DNA of 64,000 nucleotides from Candidatus Omnitrophota bacterium (GTDB lineage Bacteria; Omnitrophota; Gorgyraeia; JAFGHF01): NCBI GenBank assembly GCA_016939375.1, contig JAFGHF010000024.1, positions 9,828 to 73,827 of the forward strand, read 5' to 3'. Shown piece by piece: positions 56,599 to 64,000 of this stretch (position 1 is its first letter; each line of letters starts with the position of its first letter). The notes under the pieces were generated by a model. It saw only the letters and a program-made list of their open reading frames with translations, ran no database searches and was not told where the DNA came from. The position numbers and the translations under genes were made by a program.

Positions 56599-57278
56599 TT
56601 ATCGGGATAATTTCTGACGCCCACGGTAATATTTATGGCCTAAAGAAGTGCTTTGCTCTTTTGCGCAAAAAAGGGGCAGAGGAGACCTTTTTCTTAGGAG
56701 ACGCACTTAACTATTTTAGCAAGAGCAAGGAAGTATTGGATTTCTTAAAAGCCGAGAAGATAAAATGCATCAAAGGCAATCATGAGTCTATTCTTTTAGA
56801 GGAAAGACATGTTTCCCCGGAAGAGGAAAAGATATGCAGCTTGAATCTTACTAAGCAGGCCCTGAATGAAGAAAACCTTGCCTTCATAAAGTCTTGGCAG
56901 GAATCTATGGAATTGGAGATCGATAATTGCAAGATGCTGATGGTACATGCCAGTCCCTTTAACCATCTTGAAGAATATATATATCCGGACAGCGACTTAA
57001 GCAAGTTTCTATATTTACGACAAGAAGTGGTCTTTTTAGCGCATACGCATATACCCTTTATCAGGAAAATAGAAGATAAGACAATAGTCAATGTCGGCTC
57101 TGTGGGTTTTTCAAGGGTTGAAGGGAAATCCATCTACTGTGCGACTTTTGATACCAGCAAAAGACAGGCGAGGATATTGACGACCGATTTTCCTCTACAG
57201 AATTTAAGAGAGCTTGAGCCTTTTGATGAAGCCCTTAATAAAGTTTTACAAAGAGGACAGATGAAGGAAGCGGCATGA
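56595..57278 (+). CDS. Metallophosphoesterase (calcineurin-like, YfcE-like)
   Basis: GIISDAHGN...FLGD...GNHE...AHTHIP metal-binding blocks. Confidence 0.7.
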   Translation: MIIGIISDAHGNIYGLKKCFALLRKKGAEETFFLGDALNYFSKSKEVLDFLKAEKIKCIKGNHESILLEERHVSPEEEKICSLNLTKQALNEENLAFIKSWQESMELEIDNCKMLMVHASPFNHLEEYIYPDSDLSKFLYLRQEVVFLAHTHIPFIRKIEDKTIVNVGSVGFSRVEGKSIYCATFDTSKRQARILTTDFPLQNLRELEPFDEALNKVLQRGQMKEAA

Positions 57279-58336
57279 TGAAAAAAAAGAAAATAAACGT
57301 GCTTATCACCGGCTTGGGAGGTGGAGGCAACGGGATGCAGGTATTAAAGGCCCTAAAGTTGTCTTCTCTGCCATACTACTTCATCGGCACCGATATAGAA
57401 AAGTTAAGTTTTGGATTGTCTTTGGTGGACAAAGGTTATGTCGTGCCTCTGGCAAGCCATGAAAAATACCTTTGTTCTTTAAGAAATATAATCAAGAAGG
57501 AAAAAGTGCGGGTCTTATTCCCCGGCTCCGATCCTGAGCTGAAGACCATTAGCCAGAATAGGCTTACTTTTGAGAAACTAAAAGTGCTTTTGCCCATAAA
57601 CCCTGCACCGATAATATCATTATGCATGGATAAGTATAAGACTATGCAGTTTCTAAAGAGCAAAAAGTTTAATGTCCCCAGAAGCTTTTTTATAAAGTCG
57701 CTAAAAGATACAAGGACGGTCGATGTATTCCCTGTAGTATGTAAGCCGCATATAGCAAGCGGCGGCTCCAACAATGTGTTTATTGCCCAGGATCGCAGGG
57801 AACTGCGTTTGATGGCAGAATACCTGTTAAAGTACCTGCGCGGTTTTCTGGTACAGGAATATGTGGGAAGCGCTGATTGCGAATATACGGTCGGTGTCTT
57901 GGCCGACCTACAGGGCAATATGATCGATTCTATCGTGCTAAAAAGAAATATCTTTCCCGCATTGAGCTCAAGGATCAAGATAGCCAATAGATCAGGCAGG
58001 GCGGAGTTAGGCAAGATCTTGACCATAAGCAGCGGGATATCCCAAGGCCGGATAGGAAAGTTCAGAGAAATAGCCAAATATTGCGAGCAGGTGGCTGCTG
58101 CTATAGGGGTGAGAGGGCCTTTAAACTTCCAATGCAGGGTGTTTGATGGAAAGGTCTATATTTTCGAGATCAACCCCCGCTTTTCCGGCACTACTTCTTT
58201 AAGGGCCATAGCCGGATTTAACGAGCCGGATATTTTGATCAGAAAGTATGTGCTGGGCCAAAGGATCAAAAAGACGCCTTACAAAAAGGGTGTGATTTTG
58301 CGGGCTTTAGAGGAAAAATTGATTAAGGAACTATAA
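57275..58336 (+). CDS. ATP-grasp domain protein (carboxylate-amine ligase-like)
   Basis: N-terminal pre-ATP-grasp Rossmann-like region; central VVCKPHIASGGSNNVFIA and FLVQEYVGS, and EINPRFSGT, all typical of ATP-grasp folds. Confidence 0.6.
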   Translation: MMKKKKINVLITGLGGGGNGMQVLKALKLSSLPYYFIGTDIEKLSFGLSLVDKGYVVPLASHEKYLCSLRNIIKKEKVRVLFPGSDPELKTISQNRLTFEKLKVLLPINPAPIISLCMDKYKTMQFLKSKKFNVPRSFFIKSLKDTRTVDVFPVVCKPHIASGGSNNVFIAQDRRELRLMAEYLLKYLRGFLVQEYVGSADCEYTVGVLADLQGNMIDSIVLKRNIFPALSSRIKIANRSGRAELGKILTISSGISQGRIGKFREIAKYCEQVAAAIGVRGPLNFQCRVFDGKVYIFEINPRFSGTTSLRAIAGFNEPDILIRKYVLGQRIKKTPYKKGVILRALEEKLIKEL

Positions 58337-58341
58337 AAGTC

Positions 58342-59493
58342 ATGAAATACGTCTGTAAAAACAATTATTGCCGCTTCGAAAACCTGCCATTTTATTGGCA
58401 CCCGCTAGAAGATGCAAGTGATAATAGATTTCCCGAATTTTTGCCATTTGAACTGTTCTATGATAAAGACAGCGGCTTATTGAGGCAGAGGCCAGATGAA
58501 AAGGTGACAGAGATCATCAATTCGGCATATAGCCATGGTTCGGAGATAGTAGGCCTTTTGGATGAGAAGGGCATAGGCAATGATTACGCCCGGGACTTCC
58601 TAAAGTTTATAGACAGGTGCGTAGGGCTGGGAAATATCGCCGGCAAAGAGGTGTTAGAGATAGGTTGCGGCAAGGGGTATCTTCTATCCCAGCTACAATC
58701 TCAAGGGGCTAAGGTGCTGGGTTATGAGCCGGGATTTTCCAAGATAGGCAAATATCCGGTTCCGGTAATCAATGATTTTTTTCCCTCTGCGAAGGTCAAA
58801 GAGAGGAAATTTGATATTATAGTCGCTTATGAATTGTTGGAACACGCGGTCGATATCGACCGCGTGTTGGATGCCATCGGGGCATGCTTGAAAGATAATG
58901 GGATTTTGTTAGTCTCCGTTCCAGATTGTGCAGAACACATCAACAATGGCGATATCTCGATGTTTATCCATGAGCATTTTTCCTATTTTACAAGAGATTC
59001 GCTTCAGTATTTTATGGAGAAAAAAGGTTTTATGGCTAAAGCAATAGAGAAGTCCGGTTTTGGGGGATGTCTATATGGTGCTTTTGCCAAAAGCACAAGC
59101 AAAGTGAGGGCGCAATCGATAAATAAGGCAGATTTGGAAAAGGTATTTCATAGGATAGATAGAAATATCCAAAGAATGCATAATTTTATTCTTAAGCAAG
59201 AAGGCCGTGAGCTAGGAGTCTATGTGCCGATTAGGGCTTTGAATATTCTTTCCTTATATCGTGGGCTGATTGAGAAACTCAACGTCCGCTTAAGGTTCTT
59301 TGATGATTCCGCGAGTTTGGCGGGTAGATATTTACCGGGTTTTAATATAAGGATAGAGAACAGGGACTCTTTGATAAAAAATCCACCAGACGTGATTTTG
59401 GTATATTCTTTTACCTTTGCCAAGAAAATCATCGAAACTTTAAAAAATAGCGTACCCAAAGAAGCCGCGGTAGTAAGCATAGAGGATTTATAA
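58342..59493 (+). CDS. NDP-hexose C-methyltransferase-like enzyme (TylC3-like; class I MTase plus a C-terminal C-methyltransferase domain)
   Basis: N-terminal Cys pair (CKNNYC), motif I VLEIGCGKGYL, and a C-terminal domain (GVYVPIRALNILSLYRG...PGFNIRIENRDSLIKNPPDVILVYSF) matching the Methyltransf_14-type C-terminal fold. Confidence 0.55.
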   Translation: MKYVCKNNYCRFENLPFYWHPLEDASDNRFPEFLPFELFYDKDSGLLRQRPDEKVTEIINSAYSHGSEIVGLLDEKGIGNDYARDFLKFIDRCVGLGNIAGKEVLEIGCGKGYLLSQLQSQGAKVLGYEPGFSKIGKYPVPVINDFFPSAKVKERKFDIIVAYELLEHAVDIDRVLDAIGACLKDNGILLVSVPDCAEHINNGDISMFIHEHFSYFTRDSLQYFMEKKGFMAKAIEKSGFGGCLYGAFAKSTSKVRAQSINKADLEKVFHRIDRNIQRMHNFILKQEGRELGVYVPIRALNILSLYRGLIEKLNVRLRFFDDSASLAGRYLPGFNIRIENRDSLIKNPPDVILVYSFTFAKKIIETLKNSVPKEAAVVSIEDL

Positions 59494-59525
59494 ATCCAGT
59501 TTTGTCCTTATAAAAGGAAGGAAGC

Positions 59526-60509
59526 ATGACGCTATTAGATAAAAACGTATTGATAACCGGGGGGGCTGGTTTTATAGGCAGCCACTTATGTGAAGAGGTA
59601 GCCAGAAAAAGGCCTAAGCGGCTTGTGGTGGTAGATAATCTCTTTTTGGGCAAAAAAAACAACCTTAAAGGGGCCTTGAGGCTATATCCGAAACTAAAGT
59701 TCTACAAAACCAGCGTAACGGACTATAAGAAGCTAAAAGAGATAATCAGAAAGAATAATATCGAGGTGGTTTTTAATCTGGCGGTAGTGCCTTTGCCCGC
59801 CTCGCTTGTAAAACCAGAAATGGCATTTAATGTGAATGTAGATAGCGTCTTAAACCTGTGTGAGTTGGCGAGGAAGGGGTACTACAAGACGCTTATCCAT
59901 TGTTCATCTTCCGAAGCATACGGTAGCGCCCAATATGTGCCCATGGATGAGAAGCACCCCTGTAATCCTTCGACTGCTTATGCTGCCAGTAAATTGTCGG
60001 GAGACCAATTATGTCTGGCATATGCTAGGGCCTACGGTATAGACGTTTCTGTGCTCAGGCCTTTTAATAATTACGGACCGCGGCAAAACGCAGGTTCTTA
60101 TGCCGGCATCATCCCTGTAGTAATAAAGAGGGCATTAAAGGGTAAGACAATAGACATCTACGGAGATGGCCGTCAAACACGCGACTATATCTTTGTCCAG
60201 GACACCGCCAGCGCTTTTATAGATGTTTATAAGACCAGAGCTGCCAGAAACCAAGTTATAAATGTAGCTAGCGGAAAAGAGATCTCGGTAAACGAGCTGG
60301 TGCGGGCAATTTTACATATTATGGATGCTAAACGCGCCAAGATTAGACATATTTCTCCCCGGCCGGGAGATGTAAGACGCCATTGCGGTGACGTAAAGCT
60401 GGCCAGAAAGACCTTTGATTTTAAGCAGAGGATAAGATTCGAAGATGGATTAAGGCAAACTATTGAGTGGTATGTGGGTAACAACCGCAAAAGAAAGGAA
60501 CAAAAATGA
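59526..60509 (+). CDS. NAD-dependent epimerase/dehydratase (extended SDR)
   Basis: [21 protein letters not shown]; 327 aa. Confidence 0.8.
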   Translation: MTLLDKNVLITGGAGFIGSHLCEEVARKRPKRLVVVDNLFLGKKNNLKGALRLYPKLKFYKTSVTDYKKLKEIIRKNNIEVVFNLAVVPLPASLVKPEMAFNVNVDSVLNLCELARKGYYKTLIHCSSSEAYGSAQYVPMDEKHPCNPSTAYAASKLSGDQLCLAYARAYGIDVSVLRPFNNYGPRQNAGSYAGIIPVVIKRALKGKTIDIYGDGRQTRDYIFVQDTASAFIDVYKTRAARNQVINVASGKEISVNELVRAILHIMDAKRAKIRHISPRPGDVRRHCGDVKLARKTFDFKQRIRFEDGLRQTIEWYVGNNRKRKEQK

Positions 60510-61189
60510 TTATTAGCGCTGGTAAAAATGTAAAGGTCCATCCTTCGGTAAAGGCTTATGGCAAAAACCAGATCGGCAAAAACTCGATTATCCTGGAAGA
60601 TGTATATTTGGGCTACCCGACCACTAAAATATTGTTGAAAATTGGCGAGACCCATCTCGATTTTACCCACGCCAAGTTTAAGGGGTGTATTATCGGAAAA
60701 AATGCGATAATCAGGTCCAATAGCGTTATCTACAGCAATGTCAAAATGGGCAATAATGTAAGGACGGGACACGGCGTGCTAATACGCGAAAATTGCACTA
60801 TCGGCAGCCACGTGATGATAGGTACTAATAGCGTGATAGAGAATAATTCTCACATAGGAAGTCATGTAAGTATCCAATCAAATGTTTTTATCCCTGCGCA
60901 AACAAAAATCGGCGATTATGTCTTTATGGGCCCCTGCGTTGTCTTGGCTAATGATAAATATCCAGTGAGGATAAAGAGGTCTAAATACATAGGCCCCACG
61001 TTGGAAAAAGGAGTTTCTTTGGGCGCGGGCTCTGTAATACTACCCGGGATCACTATAGGCGAGGGATCATTGGTAGCCTCTAATTCAGTAGTCACAAAAG
61101 ATGTGCCCAAATGGCACTTAGCCATGGGGGCACCGGCAAAAATGGTTCCGCTTAAACAAAAACTGAGGAAGCTCAACAAGATCATTTGA
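60506..61189 (+). CDS. Hexapeptide-repeat acyl/acetyltransferase (left-handed beta-helix)
   Basis: Repeats IGKNAIIRSNSVIYSNVKMGNNVRTGHGVLIRENCTIGSHVMIGTNSVIENNSHIGSHVSIQSNVFI. Confidence 0.7.
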   Translation: MIISAGKNVKVHPSVKAYGKNQIGKNSIILEDVYLGYPTTKILLKIGETHLDFTHAKFKGCIIGKNAIIRSNSVIYSNVKMGNNVRTGHGVLIRENCTIGSHVMIGTNSVIENNSHIGSHVSIQSNVFIPAQTKIGDYVFMGPCVVLANDKYPVRIKRSKYIGPTLEKGVSLGAGSVILPGITIGEGSLVASNSVVTKDVPKWHLAMGAPAKMVPLKQKLRKLNKII

Positions 61190-61193
61190 TCAG

Positions 61194-62306
61194 ATGAAGA
61201 TAGCTCTAGTAGGAAATCTATGTGGCCTCTCCATGTCCTTGGCAGAGTTCTTATGTCGCAAGGGCGTTGAGGTTGCCGTGTTTACCGATGAACATACTTT
61301 TACCGATTATAGACAGCCCGCGGGTTTCCATAAGTGCGATTTTGCCGTGAACTTTATCAAAAAAGAATCAAGATATGCCCTTTTCAACAAGATAAGGAAA
61401 TATGATGTGGTCATCAGCTTTACAGGTGCTTTGGCTTTCTCTATGCGCGAAATATACTATTTATTGGGCAGTTTTCTGCCTCCCGTAATCAATGTCACTA
61501 CCGGAAGCGATATTACCGAACTTGCTATAGCAAAAGGTGTTTTGGGGATGTTATATAGACACTATCTTAAAAAATCAGATCTGACTTGGTTGGCGAACTA
61601 TCCCTGGGCGCTAAGCAATGTGCAAACCCTTAAGCTAAAAAACACCTTCTTTTTGCCCTTTCCTGTAGATACGGATTTTTATGGTTTGGCCAGAGAAGAT
61701 AAAATACGCACAGACGGAAAAATGGTCCTTTTCCATCCCAGTAACCTGGATTGGGGTGAAAAAGACAACAAGCCGGGCCGCCATAGCACCAAAGGCAATG
61801 ACCGCTTCTTAAAGGCCGCCATCAAGGCCATAAAAGAGGGATTGCCGGCACAGGTGATCATGTTGGACCGTGGTCCGGATAAGGAGCTGGCCAAGGAGAT
61901 AGTAGCCCGCTCAGGTGTTGCAGAGAGATTTGTTTTTCGGCCGCAGATGGACCGCGATGAGCTGATTAGAAGCTATATAAATGCTGATGTGGTGGTAGAT
62001 CAATTTGACCTGGGAGGCTGGGGAGTCATCGCCTTGGAAGCTATGGCCTGTGCCAGGCCGGTAATGGTTTATGTGGACCGGTCTTGCGCAGATATGATGT
62101 ATGGGGAAGAGCCGCCAGTGCTAAATTGCCATACCGAGGACGAGATATATTCCCAGTTATGGCGTTGTCAAGACATGCATTATAGGACAGAGACGGGGGA
62201 AAAAGCGGCGCAATGGGTAAAAAAGCACCATCAATGGGGAGCCGCTACGGATAAGCTGTTAGGCTATTGCCGTCAAGTCATAAAGGGTGATAAAAATGCT
62301 CAGTAA
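61194..62306 (+). CDS. GT-B fold glycosyltransferase (GT4-like, divergent)
   Basis: C-terminal VVVDQFDLGGWGVIALEAMACARPVMVY, which resembles the GT4 donor-binding E-x7-E region. Confidence 0.5.
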   Translation: MKIALVGNLCGLSMSLAEFLCRKGVEVAVFTDEHTFTDYRQPAGFHKCDFAVNFIKKESRYALFNKIRKYDVVISFTGALAFSMREIYYLLGSFLPPVINVTTGSDITELAIAKGVLGMLYRHYLKKSDLTWLANYPWALSNVQTLKLKNTFFLPFPVDTDFYGLAREDKIRTDGKMVLFHPSNLDWGEKDNKPGRHSTKGNDRFLKAAIKAIKEGLPAQVIMLDRGPDKELAKEIVARSGVAERFVFRPQMDRDELIRSYINADVVVDQFDLGGWGVIALEAMACARPVMVYVDRSCADMMYGEEPPVLNCHTEDEIYSQLWRCQDMHYRTETGEKAAQWVKKHHQWGAATDKLLGYCRQVIKGDKNAQ

Positions 62307-63024
62307 GAGGATCATTATTACTTTGGATATTGACTGGGCATCTGATGAAATAATTGATTACTGCAAAGAGCTGTTGTTGAAGCACCGGGTAAAAGCTACT
62401 TGGTTTATCACCCATGATAGCCCGGCGATAAAAGAGATCTTTAAGCACCGGCAAAGCTTTGAGGTGGGCATACATCCCAACTTTTTACCCGGTTCTACAC
62501 AAGGAAGCAACACCCAAGAAGTCATGGAGCATTTGTTGCGCATCTGTCCTGATGCAAAGATAATGCGCACGCACTCGCTCTACCAGAGTTCGCTTTTGTT
62601 TTTGACGATAATCGAGAAATATCCGCAGATAGACAAGGACGTGTCTTTGTTTCTGCCATATGCTAAATACACTGAGTCGTATAGGCTGTTTTTAAACCAG
62701 AAATATATCACCAGGATACCGTTTATTTGGGAAGACGATTTCGAAATGACCTCAAAGGAGCCAAAATTTGCCCTTGATCACAGGTTCGACTTCCGTCAGG
62801 GCGCGAAAATATTTAATTTTCATCCTATCCATATAGTCTTGAACTCTTGTGGCTATGAGAACTACCTTAAGCTTAAAAATAGCCATGACCCGAAAAAGCT
62901 TAGCCTCAAACAAGCATTGCGATTTAGAAACAAGGCCTTGCCGGGGACCGAGGATTTTCTGCGGGAATTAATCGCCCGTAAGGAAAAAAAGTCATTTATC
63001 CAGGAGCTAGAAGGAGTCAGCTGA
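62287..63024 (+). CDS. Polysaccharide-deacetylase-like / hypothetical carbohydrate esterase-fold protein
   Basis: N-terminal IITLDIDWASDE...VKATWFITHDSP resembles the start of CE4/divergent deacetylase folds. Weak call. Confidence 0.35.
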   Translation: MIKMLSKRIIITLDIDWASDEIIDYCKELLLKHRVKATWFITHDSPAIKEIFKHRQSFEVGIHPNFLPGSTQGSNTQEVMEHLLRICPDAKIMRTHSLYQSSLLFLTIIEKYPQIDKDVSLFLPYAKYTESYRLFLNQKYITRIPFIWEDDFEMTSKEPKFALDHRFDFRQGAKIFNFHPIHIVLNSCGYENYLKLKNSHDPKKLSLKQALRFRNKALPGTEDFLRELIARKEKKSFIQELEGVS

Positions 63025-63923
63025 TGGAGTTAGCTGTTATAGGCAGAACGCAAATCTTACATAATACAATAGACAGATTAAATAAGAAAAAGCACAGCAT
63101 TAGGACAATAGTGACCACCAAGGCTATGCCTGAATATACCAGCAGAGAAAATGATTTTAAGGCTTTAGCCCATAAGTATAAAGCCAGCTTTTTTAATACC
63201 AAGACCCTAAATAAGGACAGGATTATTTCTTCTTTTAGAGGCCTGGATTTAGGCATAAGCGTTAACTGGACCTCGGTCATCAAACGCAGGCATATAGATT
63301 GTTTTAAAATAGGCATCTTAAACGCCCACTTCGGGGATCTGCCCCGCTATCGGGGAAACGCCACCCCTAACTGGGCGATTATTAACGGGGAAAAGGAGTT
63401 GGCGGCCTCTATCCATTTGATGGAGCCGGATAGACTTGATTGCGGCAGGGTCATTGTGCAGAAGAAGTTAGCGATCACCAAAAAGACTTACATATCTGAT
63501 ATTTATGCCTGGGCCCAGCGGGAAATACCCAATCTTTTCTTAAGGGCAGTATCGTTACTGGAGAAGGACCCCCATTATACACTCTACTATGCTGATCCCG
63601 ATTCCGCCGAGTCTTTCCGCTGTTATCCCAGAAGGCCGCAAGACAGTCGGATCGATTGGAGAGATCCCGCGGAAGCGATACACAGGCTTATCCGTGCTTC
63701 AAGCAGACCTTTGCAGGGGGCTTTTAGTTTTGTAAACAGAAGAAAAATAACCATTTGGAAAGCACAGCTGTATAGTGACCGGGAACGTTATTCCGCTCTC
63801 CCCGGACAGGTCTGCAAAATCGGACGGGATTATTTTATTGTCATCACCGGCTCAGGGAAGCTAAAGATAACCGATTGGGAGTCAAAAGAAAAAATAACAA
63901 ATGTCAGGCAGCGGCTAAACTGA
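63024..63923 (+). CDS. Sugar N-formyltransferase (formyl_transf_N family; FdtF/VioF/WbkC/ArnA-N-like)
   Basis: ILNAHFGDLPRYRGNATPNWAIINGEKELAASIHLMEPDRLDCGRVIVQ matches the N10-formyl-THF-dependent formyltransferase catalytic block (N...H...D). Confidence 0.7.
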   Translation: MELAVIGRTQILHNTIDRLNKKKHSIRTIVTTKAMPEYTSRENDFKALAHKYKASFFNTKTLNKDRIISSFRGLDLGISVNWTSVIKRRHIDCFKIGILNAHFGDLPRYRGNATPNWAIINGEKELAASIHLMEPDRLDCGRVIVQKKLAITKKTYISDIYAWAQREIPNLFLRAVSLLEKDPHYTLYYADPDSAESFRCYPRRPQDSRIDWRDPAEAIHRLIRASSRPLQGAFSFVNRRKITIWKAQLYSDRERYSALPGQVCKIGRDYFIVITGSGKLKITDWESKEKITNVRQRLN

Positions 63924-64000
63924 TGAAATTCGAAGTATTCGATGCCAATTCAATAGATAGAAAAACCTGGAATGAACGGGTGGCTTCTGTGCCCGAAGGC
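63923..64000 (+). CDS. 5' end of a further ORF running off the window; function unknown
   Basis: ATG at 63923 overlaps the previous stop (ATGA), and the frame stays open to the window end (MKFEVFDANSIDRKTWNERVASVPEG). Confidence 0.2.
   Translation, partial: MKFEVFDANSIDRKTWNERVASVPEG

Noticed and set aside
1..64000. CRISPR arrays, insertion sequences, integrases, phage genes, rRNA
   Set aside because: No spaced direct-repeat arrays, no transposase/integrase/recombinase-like ORFs and no long non-coding stretches are present. The non-coding space is under about 3% of the window.

Overview
This 64-kb window looks like a bacterial (probably diderm) chromosome segment. All of the roughly 60 genes are on the + strand. 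Many adjacent genes overlap by 4 or 8 nt at stop/start, which points to long polycistronic operons.

The first ~8.8 kb is mostly housekeeping or envelope genes: an FmdB-type zinc-ribbon C-terminal fragment, a VanZ-like protein, DUF1015, accD, an orphan MalK/UgpC-type ABC ATPase, two tandem membrane GAF-GGDEF diguanylate cyclases, and an LptD-like outer-membrane LPS-assembly protein.

From ~8.8 kb to the end (>55 kb) is one very large glycan (O-antigen/EPS/glycoprotein-type) biosynthesis locus. It contains:
- UDP-glucose dehydrogenase and UDP-xylose synthase.
- A dTDP-rhamnose-type set (cupin epimerase/isomerase, RmlA-like, RmlB, RmlD).
- A complete WbpA/B/E/D/I-like set for UDP-2,3-diacetamido-uronic acids, plus an AsnB-type amidotransferase.
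- Many SDR epimerases, four or more GT4 glycosyltransferases, and a Wzx flippase.
- Two polyprenol-phosphate-sugar synthase-like GT2 proteins next to three tandem GT-C (ArnT/PMT-like) membrane transferases.
- Tailoring enzymes: O-carbamoyltransferase cassette, acetyltransferases, several SAM methyltransferases, a B12-binding radical SAM enzyme, a TylC3-like sugar C-methyltransferase, an ATP-grasp ligase and an N-formyltransferase.

The most unusual part is an ATP-sulfurylase module (cysD, a DUF2061-like membrane protein, cysN) with no APS kinase in the window. It sits among four cytoplasmic alkaline-phosphatase-superfamily (sulfatase / type-I phosphodiesterase-like) proteins. Three of these, plus the DUF2061-like protein, end in the same KLxxLGY[LFM] tail as CysD. 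This is consistent with, but does not establish, a non-canonical glycan sulfation system.

Other items noted: a duplicated Shine-Dalgarno-sequestering hairpin with a compensatory change, an unannotated DUF5989 micro-ORF, a tandem heptamer repeat, and a consensus sigma70 promoter. I recognised no rRNA, tRNA, CRISPR array or mobile element.
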